64,000 nucleotides of DNA from an uncultured Nitrososphaerota archaeon (GTDB taxonomy: Archaea; Thermoproteota; Nitrososphaeria; Nitrososphaerales; Nitrosopumilaceae), in assembly GCA_963701075.1 (NCBI GenBank), contig OY969559.1, forward strand, positions 800,001 through 864,000, read 5' to 3'. The notes under the pieces are model-generated. The model did no database searches. It saw nothing but the letters and a program-made list of their open reading frames with translations, and was not told the DNA's origin. Shown here in pieces: positions 51,993-61,337 of this stretch; positions within the stretch are counted from its first letter, which is position 1, and every line of letters starts with the position of its first letter. Both the position numbers and the translations under genes were made by a program.

Positions 51993-53242
51993 CAAGCAAT
52001 GTAATCAACGCTAGAGTTACTTTTAGAAAGTCTCCAATACACATGCTTGAGAGATTTACATTTAGAAATATTGATTCTGCATACGAATCTTTCCTAAAAC
52101 ATTCTGGACTGCAGGAATGTGTGTTATTACAAACTTGCAATAGGGTGGAATTATTTGGGTTTGGCAGTCATGAAGATATTGAAAAGATAAAAAAGACATG
52201 GGCGTCTGTATCAGGCCTTGAAGAAAATGCCTTCAAAGAAAATTTGGAGATAAGTCAGGGAATTGAGGCATACCAACACCTTCTAAAACTTACCTCTGGA
52301 CTTGACTCGCTTGTTATTGGCGAAGAGCAGATTCTTGGACAGATAAAAGAGTCAATTAGTACAGCACGGGAGATTCGAGCATCAGGTAGTGCACTGAACA
52401 CCTTGTTTGACAAAGCAATCCGTGTGGGAACGCGAGTAAGGCACGCAACAGGAATCAGCAAGGGAAGCATCTCTATTGGTTCCATGGCAGTCAAGCTTGC
52501 TGAAGAAAACATCGATGACCTAAAATCCAAAAACATTCTTCTGATTGGTACGGGAGAAGCTGCAAGCCTTGTGGCAAAATCGCTCAAAAAACGTGGAATT
52601 AACTTTAATGTAACAAGTAGAACATTTGAACGCTCGAAATCTTTTGCAGAAACTGTGGGCGGAAACCCTCTCAAGTTTGAAGGAGCCATAGCAAATTTCA
52701 AGTCTGTTGACGTACTTTTTGTCGCAACCGTTGCTCCATACTTCTTGGTTACCCATGATAGAGTAAAGGAAGCAATGGAATCGCGCAAAAATGGCATGTT
52801 GATAATGGATCTCTCAAATCCAAGAACTGTTGACGAGAAGGTTGCTACAATAAAGAAGATAAAAATGATGAACCTTGATCAGATTGCAGAGATGGTGGAC
52901 AAGAACATGCGCACAAGAATGGGTGTAGTATCGTCAGCGGAGAAGATAATTAACGAGGAATTGCCAGTAATGGAAGCAGCAATGAAAAGAATCGAGGTAG
53001 AACCAATAGTAAAGAATGTCTTCAAGGAAATTGATCAGGCACGAGTCAAGGAACTCAAAAAAGCTTTGCAAATGCTTGGAGAAACAGATGAACAAAAAAT
53101 TAGAATTATTGACCAGCTCACGCAAGCTATAGTGGAAGACATCATCTCAGTCCCAATGAATAACCTCCGAAAGGCATCTGAGCAGGGAGATTCTGAAATT
53201 CTTAGAACTGTTACAAAACTCTTTGACTATAAGAAAGAGTAA
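51989..53242 (+). CDS. hemA: Glutamyl-tRNA reductase; probable CTG start
   Basis: QTCNRVE, SGLDSLVIGEEQILGQ; frame is open to a CTG at 51989 preceded by GGTGAT. Confidence 0.93.
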   Translation: MTSNVINARVTFRKSPIHMLERFTFRNIDSAYESFLKHSGLQECVLLQTCNRVELFGFGSHEDIEKIKKTWASVSGLEENAFKENLEISQGIEAYQHLLKLTSGLDSLVIGEEQILGQIKESISTAREIRASGSALNTLFDKAIRVGTRVRHATGISKGSISIGSMAVKLAEENIDDLKSKNILLIGTGEAASLVAKSLKKRGINFNVTSRTFERSKSFAETVGGNPLKFEGAIANFKSVDVLFVATVAPYFLVTHDRVKEAMESRKNGMLIMDLSNPRTVDEKVATIKKIKMMNLDQIAEMVDKNMRTRMGVVSSAEKIINEELPVMEAAMKRIEVEPIVKNVFKEIDQARVKELKKALQMLGETDEQKIRIIDQLTQAIVEDIISVPMNNLRKASEQGDSEILRTVTKLFDYKKE

Positions 53243-53273
53243 ATTATATTGCTAGGAATTTGTGATTTTTGTA

Positions 53274-54254
53274 ATGTCTTATCCTAATGTACGGCTTCGC
53301 AGATTAAGAAAGACTAGCAAGATTCGAGAACTACTCGAAGAGGTACGACTTTCTCCAAAGGACTTGATCTGTCCAGTATTTGTGCAAGAAGATCTCAAGT
53401 CAAAACTACAGGGAGAGTCGATGCCAGGTTTTGAAAGGCTACCATTAAAAGATGTGGTAGAAGAGGCAAACTCTATTGCAGAATTGAAGATTCCAGCTAT
53501 TATGGTTTTTGGAATTCCATCACACAAAGATGACAAGGGAACATCCGCGTTTGCGTCAGATGGCATTGTACAAAAGACAATCTCTGAAATCAGAAAAAAT
53601 CTTGGCAACGAAATTGCAATAATGTCAGATGTCTGTCTATGCCAGTATACCAGCTCAGGACATTGTGGACTGGTAAAAGGTGATAAAATTGATAATGATT
53701 CTAGTCTTGATACTCTGGCAAAGGTAGCTGTGAGCCAAGCCCAGGCAGGTGCAGACGTTGTATCTCCGTCTGCCATGATGGACGGGCAAGTAAAGGCAAT
53801 AAGACATGCACTTGATGATGCCGGATTTTCAGATGTGGCAATAATGTCCCACTCTGCAAAACACAGGTCATCTCTTTATTCTCCGTTCAAAGACATGGCT
53901 CATTCTGCTCCGCAGTTTGGTGACAGAAAGACCTACCAATTACCATATACTAACCCAAAAGAAGCCATGCGGGAAGTCGAGGCCGACATTGCAGAAGGGG
54001 TAGATATCATCATGATAAAGCCTGCATTGGCATATCTTGACTTGATTGCAACGGCAAGGCAGAGGTTCAACATACCAATAGCGGCATACAGTGTGTCAGG
54101 GGAATATGCCTTGGTAAAAGCGGCTGCAATGCAGGGCTGGATAGATGAAAAAGAGGTCACACTAGAAATTCTGACTGCAATTAAGAGGGCAGGAGCAGAT
54201 ATGATAGTAACCTATTTCTCAAAGATTGCTGCAAAAGCTCTCGGCGAGAAATGA
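53274..54254 (+). CDS. hemB: Porphobilinogen synthase
   Basis: CLCQYTSSGHCG Zn site, SAMMDG, MIKPA, AYSVSGEY. Confidence 0.95.
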   Translation: MSYPNVRLRRLRKTSKIRELLEEVRLSPKDLICPVFVQEDLKSKLQGESMPGFERLPLKDVVEEANSIAELKIPAIMVFGIPSHKDDKGTSAFASDGIVQKTISEIRKNLGNEIAIMSDVCLCQYTSSGHCGLVKGDKIDNDSSLDTLAKVAVSQAQAGADVVSPSAMMDGQVKAIRHALDDAGFSDVAIMSHSAKHRSSLYSPFKDMAHSAPQFGDRKTYQLPYTNPKEAMREVEADIAEGVDIIMIKPALAYLDLIATARQRFNIPIAAYSVSGEYALVKAAAMQGWIDEKEVTLEILTAIKRAGADMIVTYFSKIAAKALGEK

Positions 54255-54562
54255 GGGACGACGAAAGTTTTGAGATAGACCGGGCTTTTGACCTATTACC
54301 ACATGTTGTGGGTGCAAGCTGGGCTACTATATGGTTCAGAATAAACAGGATTAGAAGGCCAAGCATTGAAGAATTTAGAAACAAAGTTGCAGAATACTAT
54401 GTGATTCTGGATCCTCTAGTTGACATATACTCTAAAGATGAAAAGTTTGCAGACATGACAAGACACATCAAGATGCGAAACCAAAATGAAATCGAGCGAA
54501 TACTAAAAGGAAGAAATCAAGAAATAGAAAAGAGATTCAAAAGATACATCGATTATGGGTAG
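54251..54562 (+). CDS. Hypothetical protein coupled to hemB
   Basis: ATGA overlap with the hemB stop. Confidence 0.65.
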   Translation: MRDDESFEIDRAFDLLPHVVGASWATIWFRINRIRRPSIEEFRNKVAEYYVILDPLVDIYSKDEKFADMTRHIKMRNQNEIERILKGRNQEIEKRFKRYIDYG

Positions 54563-55191
54563 ATCTCTTCTCTGAGCACATCTAGAAACTGCTTCATTAT
54601 TTTGACTCTTTTTCGGGCTTCTAGTTTTGCACTATTTGTGTTCATTTTTTTCTCTAAGAGCAACAACTTTCTGTAAAAATGGTCCAAAGTCCATCTGGTA
54701 TCATCTGGATTGCGAGTCTTGCAAAAAGGGTCTTCATTGTTGTAAAACGGTCTTTTTTCAGCACCTCCAACAGAGAATGTCCTTGCAATACCGATTGCAC
54801 CTATTGCGTCAAGCCTGTCTGCATCCTGAAGTATTTTTCCTACAATTGTTTCTGGTACTGCACCTTTGGAGAAGCTATGGTCACGGATTGCATCTGTGAT
54901 TATTTTTATCTCTTCTCCTGTGTAACTGTACTTGGCTAGGATCTGTCTTGCCTTTGCTGCACTTTCTACAGACGAATTTTTGGATCTTGGGTCTGATTTT
55001 GGATAAGATACAATGTCATGCAAAAGGGCAGCTGCTAGCACAAGTCTTGGGTTTACCCGTTCTATCTTTGCAAGTCTTCTGGCATTATTGTAAACTCGCA
55101 TAATGTGCTCAAAATCATGGGCGGGATCGTTTTTTCCTACTTTTTTCCTTACTTGCCCTTTTAATTTTTCAATCGAGCTTGCCCTTTTCAT
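54553..55191 (-). CDS. HD-domain phosphohydrolase
   Basis: AHDFEH..RV, LLHDI, DADRLDAIGA. Confidence 0.9.
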   Translation of the reverse strand: MKRASSIEKLKGQVRKKVGKNDPAHDFEHIMRVYNNARRLAKIERVNPRLVLAAALLHDIVSYPKSDPRSKNSSVESAAKARQILAKYSYTGEEIKIITDAIRDHSFSKGAVPETIVGKILQDADRLDAIGAIGIARTFSVGGAEKRPFYNNEDPFCKTRNPDDTRWTLDHFYRKLLLLEKKMNTNSAKLEARKRVKIMKQFLDVLREEIYP

Positions 55192-55390
55192 TAAAACCAA
55201 ATCTACGTTGCTGTATATATGAACATAAACTGGTTTTACAAGCGATCTGAGTCGTATACGGCTGAAAATTTTAGAATTTGTCATAGTTATTTTTGTATTT
55301 CATAGAACAATCTACTGAAAGAATCCCCTTTTTGTAAAAAATGGATGAATCGTTCAATATGCTTATAAATAAAAATTGTATAATGATACT

Positions 55391-55513
55391 ATGAGCTCAA
55401 AAGCGTGGAAATGTTATAGATGCAATCTCATTTTTACTGATGCATCACACGCCGACTTGCATGTAGATCTATCAAAACATGCGGTCCGAGAGATAGATCT
55501 CGTAAAAGCCTAA
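55391..55513 (+). CDS. 40-aa C2H2 zinc-finger microprotein
   Basis: MSSKAWKCYRCNLIFTDASHADLHVDLSKHAVREIDLVKA; TTATAAAT box upstream. Confidence 0.7.
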   Translation: MSSKAWKCYRCNLIFTDASHADLHVDLSKHAVREIDLVKA

Positions 55514-55554
55514 GACTTCGATAATCTTATTGCCCAAGACTAGAGAGTACATCC

Positions 55555-56808
55555 ATGTCATACTCTAATATCTCAAAGATGAATTTTGAAGTATCTGAAG
55601 AGCAAAAAAATTTTCTCGAACAAGTAGACCAAGCCTGCAAGTCCATTAGAGATCATGAAACAAAATGCTATCTTGAGGAAAAATCAAATGACATGATAGT
55701 TCCAACGTTTGGGAAGATTGGAATGCTTGGATGTCCAATCTCAAAAAAATACGGTGGTCTAGGTTATGATATATTGACATATGTATTTGCACTTGAAAGG
55801 ATAGGGAGGGAAGGAAATTCATTACGTACATTTTTCTCTGCACATGTATCAATAGGCCAGATGGTTTTACAAAACTGGGGCAACGAGGAACAAAAAAAGC
55901 AGTATCTTCCTGACACTATATCAGGAAAGAGTATCATGGCGTTTGGGCTCACTGAACCTGATGCAGGCAGCGATCCTGGTGCAATGACTACAAAATTTGA
56001 GGAAAGCGGAGATAATTTTATTCTAAACGGCAAAAAACACTGGGTGGGAAATGGAACCATTGCAAAAGTAATGACTACATATGCGCGAGGACCAGATGGA
56101 AGAATTTCAGCGTTTATTGTGGATACTGACTCTAAAGGATTTCATGCGCAGGAAATGAAACACAAGATGGGCTTGCTGAGCATAAAAAATGCCAAGCTAA
56201 CATTTGAAAATTGTGTTGTTCCAAAAAAGAATCTTTTGGGAACAAAGGGAAAAGGACTAAGCATAGCTTACACTGCGCTGATAGATGGCAGGCTGAGTGT
56301 TGCTACAGGTGCTATAGGAGTGATGAAAGACTGTCTTGACGAATCCATCATATACTCTAAAAAAAGAGTACAACACGGTTCGGCGCTTGCCAAAAAGCAA
56401 CTAATCCAAGAGCATCTGTCATCGATGATACTAAATGTAGAAAGCTCACGATGGCTTGTTTATCGAGCTGCCATGGCAAGACAAAAACTTCATGAATATG
56501 TCGAGAACCTAAAGGAAAATGACCCAAATTGGCAGGAAAAACTAAACCGTGAAGACAAGGAATATTCTGCATTGCGGACAAAGGCAGATAGGCTTGCGGC
56601 AATAGCCAAACTGCATTCTACTAATGCTGCTTTTGACTCTGCAAATAGGGCAGTCCAGATCTTTGGCTCTTTTGCATACCAAAAGACAACTAGAGTAGCA
56701 AGGCACTTTTTAGACTCGCGAGCAATCATAATTTACGAGGGTGCAAACGAGGTGCTGAAACTAAAGATAGCCTCCCTTGAACTTGGTGACAAGTATCAGG
56801 CATACTAG
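55555..56808 (+). CDS. Acyl-CoA dehydrogenase
   Basis: FGLTEPDAGSD, LNGKKHWVGNG, IYEGANEV. Confidence 0.92.
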   Translation: MSYSNISKMNFEVSEEQKNFLEQVDQACKSIRDHETKCYLEEKSNDMIVPTFGKIGMLGCPISKKYGGLGYDILTYVFALERIGREGNSLRTFFSAHVSIGQMVLQNWGNEEQKKQYLPDTISGKSIMAFGLTEPDAGSDPGAMTTKFEESGDNFILNGKKHWVGNGTIAKVMTTYARGPDGRISAFIVDTDSKGFHAQEMKHKMGLLSIKNAKLTFENCVVPKKNLLGTKGKGLSIAYTALIDGRLSVATGAIGVMKDCLDESIIYSKKRVQHGSALAKKQLIQEHLSSMILNVESSRWLVYRAAMARQKLHEYVENLKENDPNWQEKLNREDKEYSALRTKADRLAAIAKLHSTNAAFDSANRAVQIFGSFAYQKTTRVARHFLDSRAIIIYEGANEVLKLKIASLELGDKYQAY

Positions 56809-56843
56809 ACAATTATGTTGCAAAAATGAGCTCTTGATAGCAA

Positions 56844-56898
56844 GGTCATGCCTAGAAAATGACCCGATAGGGTCAAAATCATGCCTAGAAAATGACCC
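56844..56898. repeat. 20-bp direct repeat TCATGCCTAGAAAATGACCC (two copies) with overlapping palindromes
   Basis: Copies at 56846-56865 and 56879-56898. Confidence 0.8.
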
Positions 56899-57027
56899 AT
56901 TTTTGAAAGATTGAGGCGTCAACAATTCCCTATTTACGGATAACGCAAGAAGCTAATTTCAGTACGATCCGATTCTATTTGTGTGCGTTTCCAGTGGAAA
57001 ATATGGATGATTAAAATGCGAAAAATC

Positions 57028-58266
57028 TCAGTCTCTTGACAAGACCTGATTCATTATGGACAGGCCTTGTTCTATCTGATCTTTTGTTATCACAAGGGGT
57101 GGTATTATTCTCAGGGATTTCTGGCCTGCACCAAGTGTGAGAAGGCCATTTCTGAACAATTTGGCCAACTTTTTCTCTCTGCGTGCTCTGGTGTCAAACT
57201 CTAGGCCAATCATGAGGCCCAGTCCTCTCACATCAATCACTCCTTTTTTGCCTACAAGTTCTTGCAATCCTTTTCTTAGCAGGTTGCCCATCTTGGTTGC
57301 ATTTTCTAACAACTTGTCACGTTTTATGACCTGAATAGTCCTTGTTCCTACAGCCATGTCTATTCTGCTGCCTCCTCCCCAAGTGCTAGAAAGAGCAGAC
57401 CTGTCTCTTGGTTCAAATCTCTTGTTGTATATTGTAGCTCCCACCTGCAAAGCCTTGGCTATGCTCATGATGTCAGGTGTTACTCCGTAATGCTCAAAGG
57501 CCCACCACTTGCCGGTATGGCCAATACCTGACTGTACTTCATCTAAAATCAGCGGCACACCATACAGCGTGGCGCACCTTCTCAAGTTTTTGATGAATTT
57601 TTTGCTTGCAACATAATATCCGCCCTCCCCTTGCACAACCTCGGTTAGAATGAATGCAATCTTGTTCTCTTTTAGCAAAGATTCCGCAGCATCAATTTCA
57701 GGATCATTGTCATTTGTACAGAACTTGATTCTCTTTACAGGAAACTCTGGAAAGTTGTACTTGTGAACTGGTCTGCTAGCTGTAAAGCTGAGTGCCCCAA
57801 GAGTCCTTCCATGAAATGCCCCAAAGCACGAGATTCCAGGAAGAGGGCCCATCTTTCTGTATGCAATCTTTATTGCATTCTCTACTGCTTCTGCACCACT
57901 GTTGATAAAAAATCCCTTAAAGTTTCTTGGTATTATGGTTGATATTGTCTCTGCAAGGTCTGCATGTTCTTTGGAGTAAAAGTCCTGGCCTGCAATCTTG
58001 TGAGTTCCATTTGTAGAGTATTCCGCAAGTACTTCCATGACATCTGGATGCGAATATCCTATGGGGCATGCGCCAATGTTGGAAGTAAAATCAAGAAATT
58101 TGTTGCCGTCTGGATCCTCTATGACACAGTCATGACCGTTTGCAATGACTAGAGGATACATGAAAGTAGAATCATACGCATATTTTTTCATTGTATTTAT
58201 GATGCGCCTTGAATTTGGTCCTGGTAGATTGTGGTTCATTGTACTGTTTTCCTTGGTGTTATTCAA
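57028..58266 (-). CDS. Class III PLP aminotransferase (GabT/ArgD-like)
   Basis: NSGAEAVE, FHGRT, DEVQSG, IAKAL. Confidence 0.9.
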   Translation of the reverse strand: MNNTKENSTMNHNLPGPNSRRIINTMKKYAYDSTFMYPLVIANGHDCVIEDPDGNKFLDFTSNIGACPIGYSHPDVMEVLAEYSTNGTHKIAGQDFYSKEHADLAETISTIIPRNFKGFFINSGAEAVENAIKIAYRKMGPLPGISCFGAFHGRTLGALSFTASRPVHKYNFPEFPVKRIKFCTNDNDPEIDAAESLLKENKIAFILTEVVQGEGGYYVASKKFIKNLRRCATLYGVPLILDEVQSGIGHTGKWWAFEHYGVTPDIMSIAKALQVGATIYNKRFEPRDRSALSSTWGGGSRIDMAVGTRTIQVIKRDKLLENATKMGNLLRKGLQELVGKKGVIDVRGLGLMIGLEFDTRARREKKLAKLFRNGLLTLGAGQKSLRIIPPLVITKDQIEQGLSIMNQVLSRD

Positions 58267-58379
58267 TGGAAAAATTTTCTAATAAAGACTATCATAAGTA
58301 ACTATGGGTGAAAACCACAGAGGATTTGACGAGCCAAATCGCAAACAGAGGCAAAGAAGAGCAAAAAAAGCAAGGAAAG

Positions 58380-58479
58380 TGCAGAGGGAGGGATTTGAAC
58401 CCCCGAACCCCTAAGGGAAAGGATTTCCTATGCCATGATCTTGAGTCCTTCTCGGTTGGCCGGGCTTCGATACCTCTGC
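58380..58479 (-). tRNA. tRNA-Leu(CAA) with a 15-nt intron at the canonical 37/38 position
   Basis: GCAGAGG/CCTCTGC acceptor stem; AAGGA-CTCAAG[intron]A-TCCTT anticodon arm; long variable arm; GGTTCAAATCC. Confidence 0.92.
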
Positions 58480-58552
58480 AACGAGAGATTTAAGCGCTGA
58501 ATATATAAACTGAAACTGCGGGTTTTCGAGTTTCAATAACTTGTCTTCTTTT

Positions 58553-58699
58553 TCAATTTACAAGTTTTTCTGATATTGCAGGCATTGTATAGAAAAATTC
58601 GTCCTCAAAAGCAAAGTCCTGCTTTCCCTGTTTTCTCAATGATTCGAAATATCTCATGCAATTTGAATAGAATGTGTTTGGTTGGTTCTCTTGTGACAT
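58553..58699 (-). CDS. 48-aa hypothetical protein
   Basis: MSQENQPNTFYSNCMRYFESLRK...; plausible small ORF. Confidence 0.5.
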   Translation of the reverse strand: MSQENQPNTFYSNCMRYFESLRKQGKQDFAFEDEFFYTMPAISEKLVN

Positions 58700-58909
58700 G
58701 TGCAATATTGTTAAGGAAGGTGTTTCTTTTGATGTGTAAGAAATTTTAGACACCGTTATTGTCTTTTTTTAATTATCTTTGCTTGAGAAGGCCTTGTATG
58801 AATTCGAATGGTTAGAACTCAACTCTTGCAGGGTATTTGTCTGTAATCCAGTCTAGATGACATTTGCCGACTTGAATCTCTTTTTGGAGAGATAAATTTG
58901 ATAAATTTT

Positions 58910-59698
58910 CTAGGAAGCGGGTTGTTCAGAAGCGTCTTGGATTCCTAACCATGCGTATCCTTTTTGCTCCAGCTCGTCTGCAAGTTCTTTTGGACCTTCT
59001 TTTATCATCTTTCCCTGTGCCATGACATGTACATAATCAAGCTTGTCCAAGAACTTGAGAATTCTTGCATAGTGGGTAATCACTATCACAGTGGCGTCTT
59101 TTCTTGAGACCTGGCTTATTGCCTTTGCAACTGCTTGAACTGCATCAATATCCAATCCTGAATCAGGTTCATCTAGAATTGATATCTTTGGCTGCAATAC
59201 TGCCATCTGCAAAACTTCAGACCTTTTCTTTTCACCGCCGGAGAATCCCTCGTTGAGATATCTTGACAAGAAATCATGTCTGAGTCCTACCTGATCAAGA
59301 TTCTTTTTTAGATAATTTTGAAATTCTCTTACTGTCAAGAAGACTTCGCGGTTCTGGTCTCCAAGTGATTTGCTCAATGCATTGTAAGCGGTTCTTAGAA
59401 AATGTGAGTATCCGACACCTGCTACCTCTGTTGGGTATTGGAATGCCAAGAACAATCCTTTCTTTGCTCTTTCATCAGCAGACATGCCAAGGATGCTTTC
59501 TCCATCCAAGAGAATGTCGCCACTTGTCACCTCGTATTTTGGATGACCTAAAATTGTATAAGCTAGAGTGCTTTTTCCTGATCCGTTTGGACCCATTATT
59601 GCATGGACCTCGCCAGGACCTGTCTTGAGATTTACTCCTTTGAGGATCTCCTTGCCTTCTCTTCTAGCATGAAGATCTTTGATTTCAAGTACTGTCAT
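58910..59698 (-). CDS. sufC: Fe-S assembly ABC ATPase SufC
   Basis: GPNGSGKST, LAFQYP, NEGFSGGEKK, DEPDSGLD. Confidence 0.95.
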   Translation of the reverse strand: MTVLEIKDLHARREGKEILKGVNLKTGPGEVHAIMGPNGSGKSTLAYTILGHPKYEVTSGDILLDGESILGMSADERAKKGLFLAFQYPTEVAGVGYSHFLRTAYNALSKSLGDQNREVFLTVREFQNYLKKNLDQVGLRHDFLSRYLNEGFSGGEKKRSEVLQMAVLQPKISILDEPDSGLDIDAVQAVAKAISQVSRKDATVIVITHYARILKFLDKLDYVHVMAQGKMIKEGPKELADELEQKGYAWLGIQDASEQPAS

Positions 59699-59742
59699 CT
59701 TGTATCTACTAACTTGATTTCGATATATAATCCAACAAGAAA

Positions 59743-59756
59743 TTAGATCAAGCTAA
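59743..59756 (-). promoter_or_regulatory. TTAG-N6-CTAA box upstream of the sufC TATA
   Basis: Minus-strand TTAGCTTGATCTAA resembles the sufB boxes. Confidence 0.6.
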
Positions 59757-59863
59757 TCCACCAGCAATCTGTCATGATTCTAGATTGTAATTCTATAGAT
59801 TTGTAACAACCAAGGTTTGTAAGAGTGCATGAGAAGATCGTTCTTTGGGGATGCAATTGGGTG

Positions 59864-60862
59864 CTATTCTAGATTGTCTAGAAATTCCCTTGTTTCAAAA
59901 AAGCCGGAGAGTTCCTTTGAGATTTGGTCTGAGAAGATGCCCAAAATCTCAAAATCTACAGGCGAGAATACTTTTTCACTGAACATGGCAAGCACAGCTA
60001 CCACCTCTCCTTTGTGAGTCAAGGGGTATCCTGCAAATGATCTGAGTTTTTCTTTTTTTGCCCATTCAGGATATTTTATTCTAGGATCGTGTACTATGTC
60101 ATTTGAAACAACTGGTTTTTTTGTTTGGGCAATATGGCCAATCTTCACAGAATCAAATGGAATTCTTGAAAATTCTCCATGTGTATTTTTATACTTGCCT
60201 GCGCTGTATTTTAGAACCAAAGATCTTGTTTTCTTATCTACAAACCAGATTCTTGCAAATTTTGCATCAAAATATTTTGTGAGACTTTCAACGATGGCTT
60301 GTAGGCGATCGTTTAGGTTGTCATGTTTTTTTATTGAATTTAAAACTGTATACACTTCAAGTTTTCTTTCATGAATGAGATGTTCATCATACAACACATA
60401 AGGTGATGATTTTATAGTTTTTGATTCATATGACCTAAAATCTACAATCAAATCTGAAAACCTATTTAGAAAATTATTAGTTTCAAGATCATATTGTTCC
60501 ACCGATGAAAAAACAAAATGGCATGACCAGTCAAAATCTCCACTAAGTCTTGCAGCATAAATGCAAAAAGGTGATTCATTTACGTAACTTGACAACCTCT
60601 CAATAGACTCTGACATATCTTTTGAAAACTTGAACTTGATGAGTATAGTCCGATTTATCTTCTCTGAGACCACAACGGGGTTCAAAATGACCGAATATCC
60701 AAGAACTATATTCTTTTTTTCAAGTCTTGACAAGCGTTGCCTGACTGCTCTGTCAGTAATAGTGACTCCAATCTCTTGAAGCGCCTTGGATATCTCCTGT
60801 GATGATATTCTGGCATTTCTTCCTAGGTGTGATAGTATTACCCTGTCAATCTCATCGAGCAT
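59864..60862 (-). CDS. Lrp/AsnC regulator fused to a C-terminal GAF domain
   Basis: LDEIDRVIL..NARIS..RLSRLE; GAF-like V.NDI..DPR...SFAGYPL. Confidence 0.85.
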   Translation of the reverse strand: MLDEIDRVILSHLGRNARISSQEISKALQEIGVTITDRAVRQRLSRLEKKNIVLGYSVILNPVVVSEKINRTILIKFKFSKDMSESIERLSSYVNESPFCIYAARLSGDFDWSCHFVFSSVEQYDLETNNFLNRFSDLIVDFRSYESKTIKSSPYVLYDEHLIHERKLEVYTVLNSIKKHDNLNDRLQAIVESLTKYFDAKFARIWFVDKKTRSLVLKYSAGKYKNTHGEFSRIPFDSVKIGHIAQTKKPVVSNDIVHDPRIKYPEWAKKEKLRSFAGYPLTHKGEVVAVLAMFSEKVFSPVDFEILGIFSDQISKELSGFFETREFLDNLE

Positions 60863-61027
60863 GTATGTATTGATGAATTGTTAGTATTATTGATTTCCGA
60901 ATCGGAAATTGTTTCAAATATTTTGTTACCTAATAGACAGTTATGCTTCCAAATTGGAATCTTTACTGCCAAAATCATTTCCGCTGACAATATCTTGTCT
61001 AGTGTTACACTATACAACAGGATATAG

Positions 61028-61291
61028 TTGAACAAAAAAACAATCAACAAATTTGCAATACTTGTCATTTTAATGATAGTGGTACCTGAAGTTATAGGGC
61101 ATACTCTCTTTGACAAGTCCCATTCTGCAGACTCTTCTGTAGCCGCAGACATATCGTTGACCAATGGCCTTCATGACAACACTGGGAAAAGTGGAATATG
61201 TCATCTGTATATCCAGAGTGACTCTTCTGGTTCCAATATAGCAAGAGCGGCAGGACTTGAGGGAAAGTATGGTAACTATACCTGTGTCTGA
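61028..61291 (+). CDS. Small exported protein with two Cys
   Basis: Signal-like N-terminus. Confidence 0.5.
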   Translation: MNKKTINKFAILVILMIVVPEVIGHTLFDKSHSADSSVAADISLTNGLHDNTGKSGICHLYIQSDSSGSNIARAAGLEGKYGNYTCV

Positions 61292-61337
61292 TCCATGAAT
61301 AGTCATATAGTAAAAGACAAAAACAAAAAGGAAGGGG

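Noticed and set aside
56846-56898. Mini-CRISPR array
   Set aside because: Only two 20-bp copies with a 13-nt spacer; too short and no cas genes
58380-58479. tRNA used as an integration (att) site
   Set aside because: No duplicate of the tRNA end seen in the window, and the flanking genes are core genes
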